DNA of 64,000 nt, taken from contig CATNEN010000007.1 of assembly GCA_950097015.1 (NCBI GenBank), forward strand, positions 9,362,001 to 9,426,000, in the 5' to 3' direction. Made by a program: the position numbers and the translations under genes. Shown in pieces: positions 35,855 to 46,430 of this stretch. The notes beneath the pieces were generated by a model. The model made no database searches. It had not been told where the DNA came from and was given only the letters and a program-made list of their open reading frames with translations. The stretch is from Macrostomum hystrix (lineage: Eukaryota > Animalia > Platyhelminthes). How positions within the stretch are numbered: the stretch's first letter is position 1; each line of letters starts with the position of its first letter.

Positions 35855-38800
35855 ATGGACCGAGATAACATTGACATGACCGGCTATCGCCAGCACAACC
35901 GCGTGCAGCCGGTGGGTCCCGAACTCGGCGATCAGCCCGCGCATGGCACTGTGGCCGAGGAGGACGCCGCTTCGACCGATCAAAGTAGCCGCAGGCGGGA
36001 CAGGAAGCACCGGCACAGGAAGCACCGGCACCGAAGCAGAGTGCGCCGCGAATTCGAGGAGGAGGAAGACTCCGGCGCCAGCGCCGCGGCCTCAACAGAT
36101 GTTGTCGACGCGAGCGAAGCCGACACAGTCAGACTGCGGTCAGCTGCTGCAGACAATGCGGCTTTCAGCGGCGGCGACTCAACGACAAGCAAAGTGGAAG
36201 TGGGGGGCTCATCTGGCCATCAGTCCTGGTCCCAGCATTCGAATAGTCATAATCAACCGCCACCGCTGCAGCAGCCGACGCGGTTCGGTGCCACGGTGGA
36301 GCCCACCGACCCATTGGATATGGAAATTTCTTGCGTGAGTCTGTGCTTTGCTTTTTTCCGCTTCGCCTATAAAACAATGCCCTTCGCCCCTTCGCCTAGC
36401 ATTCACTGAGTCCGCTATGACGGCCTCTCCTTGCAGGGCGAGCCAGAGATGCTTCAGCAGCAGACGTTGGACGAGTTCGTCAGGCAGAACATCAGCATGC
36501 GGATCTGCGGAAAGTACATCCCCAACAAGGCCGAGTGAGTTTGGAACGCACTGTTTAGAACTATATTGTACAATATAGTTGAGAGCTTATAATTGTGATT
36601 AGGAATTGAATAAGATTGAATATCGAACGTCTTCATCGAGCTCTGATTGTATCAGTGGATTGAGGCTAGAAGTGCACGCGCCTCTAAAAGCTACTTTCGC
36701 ACCGAAAAAAAAAATTAACGTGGCTAGATTTATTGAATAGTTGCCTCCCTGACATATCGCAGCCTGATATTTTCCCTGATCGCCCCCTCAGCGCCTCAGT
36801 TTGTCACTGCAACCGGTCGCCCCAGTGGCACCGGGACCAGGGCATCCCGGTGGATTTGACGCCGCCACCGCAGCAGCAGCCGAAGGAGAAGTGGCGGACA
36901 GAGAGCTGTGCCCGGGTGGTGCCCACCAACGCCTGCGCCCGCATGAGACTGCAGGGCTTCGGCCGGCGCGGAGAGCGGCACAAGCCGCATGTGAGTCGGG
37001 CGCAAAATCATCGCCTGGTCTGATAGCTAAACAGTTCCGACCTTTCCGATTAGGGGGGGGCGCAACTACTGGGGGGGGCGCTACTACCAGGGGGCGCGAC
37101 ATATTTTTTTCAGCCGATTAGGAGGGCCATGGCCCCCCTTGCCACCCCCCCTTGGCTACGCCCCTGCCCATATGTCAGTAGGATTGACAGACGAAGAGGT
37201 CAATCAGCTGGCGATTTGCACTAAAGCATTTGGTGAATATTTCACTTAGCAACTTCAAATAGAATGACGGGCACTATCTTAGCCAATAAAACCTTAAGTT
37301 TTCTTCCTTCCTTCTGCAGTACATTCGCATCGACTCTGAGACCCGCGACTTTGACGCCCTGTGGGAGCTGATGACGAGCCCGAAGTACTGGGCCCTGCCG
37401 CTGCCCGACCTCGTGCTTTCTGTGAACGGCGGCGCCAAGAAGATGGAGAAAATGTCCGCCAAGCTGCTCAAGAAGGTCAAGCTGGGACTCACCAAAGTAG
37501 CCAGCGGAGTCAAGAGTGAGTTGCTGGCTGGGCTGGGCTGGGCTCTGCGACTTGTCGATCGTTTTCTCAACTTCTGGCGATCGAGTAGTCACCGGACACT
37601 AAAGTATATCGTTAAAAAATAACCAGCCGGTGATAGATCAACGTGTTAAACAGCCATGCCTAATAGACTTCAGTTTAAAACATCCGTACATGAGCACTAT
37701 GTCATTATCGCTATTAAGCAAGATTCCATAGTTTGAGTCCATTCCAATCGGTCGACAAAAAATCACAGCGAATGCCTCTTTTATGCCTGCTGTCCAACAT
37801 TTCGCAGCCGCGTGGATCCTGACCCCCGGCTTCAACCTGGGCTGCAGCCAGCTGGTCGGGCAGGCCATCCAGGAGTACAACTTCGCTGGTGCAGGCCGGC
37901 AGATCTGGGTGATCGGAGTGTGCTCATGGGGCGCCGTGTACAACAGGGAGTGCCTGGAGATCACAGGAGCCAACGTGAGTTCTCCTCCTACTCCAACCTT
38001 CTACTTCCTTTAGCAACTTTGTACTTCAGTTTTGGCAGGTACAGCAGCAAAACAAATTAATTTCGCAACATTCACAAAATTGGCAGGACCAGAAATTGCA
38101 ATACAAATTACTCACCTCCAGCTGCAGAGGAGAGCCGAGCAGATGAACACTGTCGAGTACGCGAACTGCGCTGAAAACCCGGGTCGAGGCCAGGCTGCCA
38201 TCGAGCCGAACCACACGCACTTCATCTTCTGCGACGACGGCACTCTGCGCTACTTTGGCACCGAGATCGACTTCCGTGCCGAGTTTGAGCAGTACGTTGT
38301 CACCAAGCTTAAATCGCTGGTCAGCGATGTGAAGGACGCGTTCAACCCGCCTGTTGTCCAGCTTGTCATCGAGGGAGGAAAGAAGGCCGTGCTCATGGCG
38401 GGTGAGTCGGTATTATAATGAGCGCATTGAACAGAAAACCGTAAACCACTGACTACTAAAGTAGTCTAACTATCTAGCTAACTAACTAGCTAACTATCTA
38501 GCTAACTATCTAGCTAACTATCTAGCTAACTATCTAGCTAACTATCTAGCTAACTATCTAGCTAACTATCTAGCTAACTATCTAGCTAACTATCTAGCTA
38601 ACTATCTAGCTAACTATCTAGCTAACTATCTAGCTAACTATCTAGCTAACTATCTAGCTAACTATCTAGCTAACTATCTAGCTAACTATCTAGCTAACTA
38701 TCTAGCTAACTATCTAGCTAACTATCTAGCTAACTATCTAGCTAACTATCTAGCTAACTATCTAGCTAACTATCTAGCTAACTATCTAGCTAACTATCTA

Positions 38801-41800
38801 GCTAACTATCTAGCTAACTATCTAGCTAACTATCTAGCTAACTATCTAGCTAACTATCTAGCTAACTATCTAGCTAACTATCTAGCTAACTATCTAGCTA
38901 ACTATCTAGCTAACTATCTAGCTAACTATCTAGCTAACTAACTGGCGAACTAACTGGCGAACTAACTGGCGAACTAACTGGCGAACTAACTGGCGAACTA
39001 ACTACTAGTGGTGCTTGTCAAAAACCAAAACTCTAAACTGTGAAAATTTTAAACGCCGCTTCGCACCGTAGGCAAGGGCGCGGAGGCGGGTACCCCGGTG
39101 ATCACGGTGCAGGGCTCTGGCAGAGCGGCCAACGAGCTGGCCTTCTTCCGCAACATCCGCAGCCTCCACCGAGGCGCTGATGATAAATTTGTGTGCCGAA
39201 AAATCAAGGAGATGCTGGAGCATTACGATTCCCAGTGGCACTGCAACGAAGCCGAGTCGGCGGAGATCACTCAAGTGAGACAAGAGCCCTGGATACTCCG
39301 AGCTTATATTCCGTTTCTGTTTTTGCTACTTCTTGCCATAAAAAAAGTTTTTTTCTGTTTGGCATGAAAAAAGTATTTTGCTTTGCTCGTATTTGCTCAT
39401 GTCTGAACATATTTGCGTAGTGTAATGATAATAGCAATCACAGAAAAATAAAATCACTGCTCTCAGATGCTGCTGCAGTTCTCCAAAGAAGACCCAGCTG
39501 CCAAGTTCGACAGCAGCATGCTGTCCGTGTACAACCCTGAGCTGGACGAGGACATGGCCAAGACCATCCTGTACACATTCTTTAAGCACAAAGACTACAA
39601 GAACAGCACAATGACGCAGGTGAGAGTACAAGGCCTTCTTCTCGTGTTGCTAATAGACTGTCGTCAAAACTTTTTCTGAGAGATGTACTATAACGAAAGT
39701 CAGCCATTTTCAATGGCAAAGTTTCTTTTCCATCACGAATCGTCAGAGTCAATCCAATATGCGACAACAAGCACTTTGAACACCGCAATCACATCGAATC
39801 CAGGTGCGCCTGTGCATGGCCTGGCATCGGGCGGACATCGCCGCAGCCGAGATATTCGCCGAGGCGCGCAAGTCCAAGTGGAAGGACATGAACCTGCAGC
39901 GCGCCATGAAAGAGGCTCTCAACAAGCAGCAGGTGGACTTTGTCAAGCTGTTCCTGGAGCACGGCATCGACCTGTCCAAGTTTCTCTCCATGGAGACGCT
40001 GGCCGAGCTCTACGCGAAGGTTGGCTTACGTCAAACTTTTGCACATCAATTTAGACACGTTAAAAAGAATTCATTGGACAATGAATGCACGCGACTATCG
40101 TTACAGATGTTTCGGTCTGGAACTCAGCAGGCCGAGAGGTTGATGCACAAGCTTGACAGATTTACTGTAAGCCTGCCAGTTGCGATCCAAACCAGATACA
40201 AATGCGCTTTAAATAAGCTTTGTCGATGTGTTCACCTGTGTTAGCTTTCAACTAAAAAGAATATATTGGCCATCCCTCCGCTTCCAGTGCAGTAGTCGCA
40301 CCATAACGCTGTCAGAGATTCAGCAGGCCTCCTGGCAGAAGAATCTGGACCCACATGTGATTCTGCAGGCCGTGAACTCGCTGATCATGGTGTACACCGA
40401 GCACGCAGTTAATGACCTCTATTCGAAAGGCGAGTACCCTAGTATCCGCTCCCAATTTTTCAATAAAAAGTCAAGCAAACAAACTCAAGAATAACTGAAG
40501 CAAATCAGTTCAAATACTCCAGAGAGTCTTGGCGACAACCCGATGAAAAGCGCCTCGCCGCTCGCCCGCCCGCTGGTGCGAGACACGATCTTCCCGCCCT
40601 ACGCCAAGAGCGGCAAGCGATGCTTCAGCTCCCAGGACCTGTTCCTGTGGTCCGTGCTCACGCACAATATTGAGCTGGCCATACTATTTTGGAAGCACGG
40701 GAAGGACCAGATCGGCTCTGCTCTGATTGGCTACTCAATTCTCAAAAATATGGCGCAGGATGCTGGGAAGCGCGGCGAGATGGAAGTCATGGAGCAGCTC
40801 ACGCGGGATGCTCATCGTTTTGAGCAGCTGGCTGTGGGTGTGCTGGAGGAGTGCAATAACGACCGCGCCATCTGTCGCCTGCTCCTGATTCGCAGCCTGC
40901 CCTACTGGAACCAGCAGACTGTGATGGCCATCGCTGATGCCAACCAGTGCATGGACATGCTGTACCAGACTCCCGTGCAGACTGTGCTCACACAGACCTG
41001 GATGGGAGGCGAGTCTTTCTGAATTGTCCATTTGACCAATTTTGTCCATAGGTAAACTAGCCATCTTGTGTAAGCGGAGAATCCCCATTCGAGTCCCAGT
41101 TTCTTACGCGCTGGACTTCAACTCGAGTTTTCTCTCAGGAACTGGGGTGAGAACTTAACGCAACAAACATCTCCTGCAGATCAGAAGACCGTTTTTTGGA
41201 CAACTTGGTTTGGCTAGTTGAAGACATGCCAGTCTCTTGTCTTATCTCTCATGTGTCTCATCTCTCATGTGTCTCATCTCTCATGTGTCTTATCTCTCAT
41301 GTGTCTCATCTCTCATGTGTCTCATCTCTCATGTGTCTTATCTCTCATGTGTCTCATCTCTAATGTGTCTCATATCTCATGTGTCTCATCTCTCATGTGT
41401 CTCATCTCTCATGTGTCTCATCTCTCATATGTCTCATCTCTCATGTGTCTCATCTCTCATTTGTCTCATCTCTCATGTGTCTCATCTCTCATGTGTCTCA
41501 TCTCTCATGTGTCTCATCTCTCTCATCTCACATTTCTACTGTCAATGCGGCCCGCTGTCTTCGTTTAGATTGTCTCTCTGGCCCACCAGATAATAAGTTT
41601 GCCGACCCCTATTCTACTCGTAGTTCAAAATTCGTGGCGTTTCAAGGACAAAATTTCTGTGGTATCCACGATTTTCTATGTTGCTACATATCTGCAGGCA
41701 TGGAAGCCGACACCAGCAACTGGCGGATCGTCCTGTGCATCTTCCTGCCCTTCCTGGTGCCTGCGCTGATCTTTAACAGGTATGGCTCCGATCAGCTGGA

Positions 41801-44800
41801 GGTCGATGACGAGGCCAATAATGGGGCCAGCGGCGAACAGTTTCGGCACATGAACTCCGTGATGAAGGACGTCGAAGTTGTGGACATTCAGGGGCCGCAC
41901 GCCCGAGAAGCCATGGAGGACCTGCAGGTAACTGTTGCCCGTGTAAATCATTATCACATTGAAATTCAAATACCCAACAAAACTGTCGCTAAAGTTATTA
42001 TGAATCGCAAGTCCTTGCCCCCTTATCATTAGATGTCCAAACGCTTTTTTGATGGGACACAGAGAAGCCGAGAATTGCTAGCTGTCTCTCGGCTTGCGAC
42101 GCAAATAAATTTTTTTGCGTCCGATGTTGCCAAGCAACATAGCTGCCGTACCCACTCTGCAGATGCGCTGCCGAGGCCTGGTCTGTCTGGCACATTGAAT
42201 GTCGCCCTGGCCCAGTTTCTCTAGCCCGCCTATTCACAATCGCACGGCTATTTTTAGGTTTAGTTTGAAGCGCTGCTTAGTTGCATATCACGGTCTCAGG
42301 ATCAACTTTGCTTGCTCACTCTTTTTGCTCTTAAACTGTCCACAATTACCGACAACCATCTTGCGAAAACCTTTTTAGTGGGCCGATCAGGCTTGACCCG
42401 CTTCCAAGCGTGAGCTTTATGCTGGAACCGACTTTTGCTTTCTAATTCACACGTAATCCGAAAGAGTTGTGCAATTTTGCATTTAATGCTTGTTGTGGAA
42501 AATAATATGGAAAATTTTCATTGTCATGTACAAGCAGTTCTGAAAAATGTGTTAAACCAGATCGAGGAGGCCATCTCAGACTTCAACAAGCAGAGCAAGC
42601 GGGAGATGCGCCTCAAGAAGCTGAAGCACCAGCGCCGCGGCTTCCTCACCATGCACTTCTGCACCTCCCTGCTGCTGTTCTACAGCGCGCCCATCTGCAA
42701 GTTCATCCTCAACGTCCTCAGCACCGCCATCTTCCTGCTGTTCTTTTCCTACATCGTTCTGGTGCAGCTGCACCCGACTCAGCGAGAGTGCCCGATCAAT
42801 TCCACCTACTCGACCAGTCCGCCTGCCGAGGTGGAGCCGTACATCAGCTTCCCGCAGCCGCACGGCATTGAGATCTACATGTTCATTTGGGCATTCACCT
42901 TTGTTGTTGAGGAGTTCCGCCAGTTCTTCTCCAAGCAACAGCCTCTGGTGAAGAAGCTGGGAGAGCTGTCTTACTGGGACAAGTTTGACATGGTCATCTC
43001 CATCATGTTCATCCTGTGCCTAGTCCTGCGCCTAACGGTGTCCTGCCAGTACTTCGACTGGGTGAGGGACGCCTACGCCCTGACCTTGGCGTCCTGCTTT
43101 ATTCGCTTCATGCAATTCTACTACCCCAGCCAGTCTCTGGGACCGAAGGTCGTCATGATCATCAACATGGTTAGTGAATTTTTATCAACAAAGTGGCGCA
43201 CTGACGATGAATTTGTAAAGCTATGAACGTGAATTGCAATGATGCCATGCAAATCGTCGATGACGTCGCGGTAAAGCGCTCAGTTTTCACGACCTGGTAT
43301 TCTTTCAGTTAAACGACGTTATTTTCTTCGTGTGCATCCTCGCCGTGTTCCTGCTGGCCTACGGTGTGGCCTACTACTCGCTCGTCACGGATCTCACCTA
43401 CAACTACGTGAACAAGAAGCTGGACTTTAACCAGCTGGCTCGGGGAGTTCTCTACCGGCCCTACTGGCAGATCTACGGCGACCTCGGACTGGATGTTGTG
43501 GACCAGGGTGAGCCTGCTGTCAGTGAGCCTGCTGTCAGTGAGCCTGCTGTCAGTGAGCCTGCGCCTGCTGTCAGTGAGCCCGCTGTCAGTGAGCCTGCTG
43601 TCAGTGAGCCTGCTGTCAGGGGATTAATGAACCCAATTCCTTTGGTCTGTTTTATCATGTACATCAGGGCTCGGCAAACTTAATAGCGTGCGGGCCACGG
43701 AGAGAACCTAAATGGCGACAGCTGGCCGCATTAACTGTAGGAGTATGAGAACGGGTGAGATGAGACACGGGATGGATAAGATAGATAAGAGATAAGACAG
43801 GGGAGAAAGGAGATAGAGAAGAGATGAGACGGGAGAGAGACGGGAGACACGGGAGCGATGAAACTCTCCACCTCCAGATGAGAGAGAGAGGAGACAGGAT
43901 ACTGTTGGAAGGGGCAACGGGCCGGATTTGGGAGCATCGAGGGCCGCATCTGGCCATCTTGCCGACCCTTTATGTAGAATACATACAGCACAAAGCCATA
44001 TGCTGCAGGAACCAGCGTTGGCGGTGCCAGGAACTGGCTTGTCATTGTCCTGCTTGCCGTGTACATGCTGGCCACTAATGTGCTGCTCATCAACTTGCTC
44101 ATCGCCATGTTTGGGTGAGCATGGGATTAGCCTCTGCTGTCGTTCTGGAATGCCAATACAAAAGCGCATACCTTTGTATTTTTTGTCGCTGTCATGGTAA
44201 CAATTTACTCTGACAGGCACACATTCGAGAAGGTGCAGTCCGAGTCCAACAAGTACTACGCCTTCATCCGGTTCGAGCTCATCTACGAGTACTACACCCG
44301 GCCAGTGCTGCCGCCGCCGCTGGTGTTCATTCCGCACATCTGGCGCCTCATCTGTTGCATGCGGCACAAGTGCTGCAACGGCGGCTGCCAGACCGATGGT
44401 TCAAAAAATAGGAAATTCGACGAATTTTGTAAGTTCCCTTTGAAGACTTCAAACTACACTTACAGTGCCACCGTACTTCTCTGAGTATAAATATTAATTT
44501 GTACTAAAGTGCAATGCCATTATTTCTCTATCGTCTCGCACAGCAATGGAACTAACCTTACGGGAGCACCAGAGGCTTTCGGCCATCGAGCAGCGGGCCA
44601 CGGACCGCTATCTGAGCCGTTGCCATGACGACGAGGGCGGCTCTGCTACTGCTTCCGGCACCGCTGGCGATGATCTGGCTGGCTATTTCGACGAGGCCAA
44701 CGATGGCGGCGACGCGGAGCAGAACGAAGTCAAGGAGAAGTTTCAAGAGCTTGAGTAAGGGCTCTAGGACATTTTCTGATGACTCACATAAACCTTCGCC

Positions 44801-45015
44801 CTCCATCCTCTTCCATCTCTTCCATTCTCTTCCATTCTCTTCCATCCCAGTCAATGTCATATATTCTTGCCCCTTGCAGTTGTACATCCTGTGCCCTTGC
44901 CTTCTTTCGACCAATTTTCAGGGAAAGATTCGGCAGAATGGAAGAGAAGATGCAGTCGGTGGTGGAGAGCAACGGCAAACTGCTGCAGCTGCTGGAACAC
45001 CTGAGCTTCAGGTGA
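35855..45015 (+). CDS. TRPM-family cation channel, copy 1 (~1446 aa, 19 exons; no kinase or NUDT9-H domain seen)
   Basis: Exons 35855-36334, 36437-36534, 36792-36990, 37320-37515, 37808-37974, 38122-38401, 39072-39274, 39467-39619, 39804-40019, 40107-40166, 40288-40429, 40523-41008, 41698-41927, 42561-43169, 43309-43507, 44009-44114, 44217-44428, 44544-44754, 44922-45015 (4341 nt, in frame). MHR/SLOG motifs PDLVLSV.GGA, AWILT.G, IEPNHTHF, IEGG, GSGRAA; DLFLWSV; EEFRQ; LGPK; PYWQIYG; NVLLINLLIAMF; RPVLPPP; terminal coiled coil. Confidence 0.95.
38466..39000. repeat. Two adjacent 12-nt minisatellites in TRPM copy 1 intron 6
   Basis: TATCTAGCTAAC x ~39, then AACTGGCGAACT x ~5. Confidence 0.95.
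41232..41610 (-). mobile_element. Partial hAT-type MITE carrying a 16-nt minisatellite
   Basis: TIR AGGGGTCGGCAAACT (minus, 41610-41596); subterminal homology to 43665-43971; internal ATCTCTCATGTGTCTC array. Confidence 0.7.
43508..43619 (+). repeat. 15-nt tandem array of 5' splice-donor units (TRPM copy 1)
   Basis: GTGAGCCTGCTGTCA x7, one unit 21 nt. Confidence 0.95.
43665..43971 (+). mobile_element. hAT (Charlie-like) MITE
   Basis: TIRs CAGGGCTCGGCAA and TTGCCGACCCTTT. Imperfect 8-bp TSD ATGTACAT / ATGTAGAA (ATGTACAA in the paralog). Confidence 0.75.
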
Positions 45016-46124
45016 AACACCTGACTCTGCCTGCGTATAGATAAAGCCTTTCTGTTTATCACAGTGTTTGGCATTATCTGACAATCACAAAATGGTCAGG
45101 GCGGTGTCTGATCTGACTTTCTAATATATTTAGAATAAATTTACTAAAAAAGTTTCAAGTGTCCGTCTGCCGATAAAATGCACTCTCTGTACTAGATTTA
45201 TTGTTGATACCTGACAAATGCTACGTAATGAGCAGTGCTCAGTGGCTTGTAACTTCAGCAAAAAGTTTTTCCCAATCAACTTAGAAAGTGTAATTTTCCG
45301 CTCACTAAGTTTATGCCTGCGAAATCAGCCAAAAACAGACACACAAAGGTTATTGGATATATTTTTACCTGCTTTGTTTCGCCCTGATAATGTACTTTTA
45401 CATGTTTACCTTTCCGCCTGAACGTAAGCTGCCCCTCGGTATAGTCATTTTGGAGCTGCAGAGTCTCATAACTCAGAGCCGCTGGTCAAAGCAGGACTGC
45501 CAGCCATTGCATTGATATTCTATTTACTCGAATCAGTTGTTATACATTTTTTGAGATTTTACATATTCTGAGCACAGTCCATTCCGCTCACTTTTGAGCC
45601 GATAATTATTTTTACCTTTGGACCAGACAGAACTCGCTCAGTCTTGTTTCCTACAGCTGCAGCTGCAGGTGTCAGGTGCTAGTAAAATTGCTCTTGGTTT
45701 TTTCTGTAAATCCTCACGGCTTTCGAGTTAAAATTTTCTGCTGTAGAAATGGTAGTAAGTCTCGTTGCCTTCCTTAACAAGTTAACGCGTGTCAAAACAG
45801 AAAAAAAACTCTTGTTTTAGAAATGCTTAGGCATTTTATTGTATTTTTTAATATCAAATGATTACTTTACATGTAAGCTCTAACATGCATTGTGCAGTTC
45901 AGTCTAAGAAAACCCTTGTTTATTTTCCATGTAAACCTTTTACGCCTTCTTGTTCGTATTAGCTTCTTTCGTGAGCTTTTTTGTGATTTGGACTTTTCAG
46001 AATCGCCTCAAATACATGTAAATCGATGGTAGCGTCTCTTCTTAGATATATTTTTACCCCCTCCCCTATTTAATTCCAGCTGATTCAAAGTACGCGACTT
46101 TTTTGTATTCTCCTCCTTTCAGTG

Positions 46125-46430
46125 GGCTGAGTGGCAGAGCAGACTTTCGCCTTTCGCTCCAAATGTCCCTTGCTGAGCTCGATTCGATCTCCGGCGAGGC
46201 CAAATGAATTTGTGGCGCAGTCATGACTCCTAGAGAAGGCTTGTGGGTTTTCTTACTATATTACGTCCATAAGGGCAAACTTCAAAGGACACAATGAGAT
46301 TGTACACTGCCAGACAATGAGAAAGTCAAGCAGACGTTTAGTATGTGCTAGCGTACAGTATCCGTGTGCATGTATGCTCAGGAGTCATCGGAATGGGCAC
46401 AATATTGCCTCCTCTCGTTGATTGCGGGCC
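46125..46430 (+). mobile_element. Degenerate tRNA-derived SINE (family A)
   Basis: Homology to 51913-52278: GGCGAGGCCA, AGAGAAGGCTTG, TGTACACTGCC.GAC.ATGAGAAAGTCA, GCTCAGGAG..ATGGGCA..TTGCCTCCTC. Confidence 0.75.

Noticed and set aside
36407-36409. TGA in frame with TRPM copy 1 exon 2 (possible pseudogene or readthrough)
   Set aside because: It lies in the intron. The phase-0 acceptor CCTTGCAG at 36436 gives an intact frame in both paralogs.
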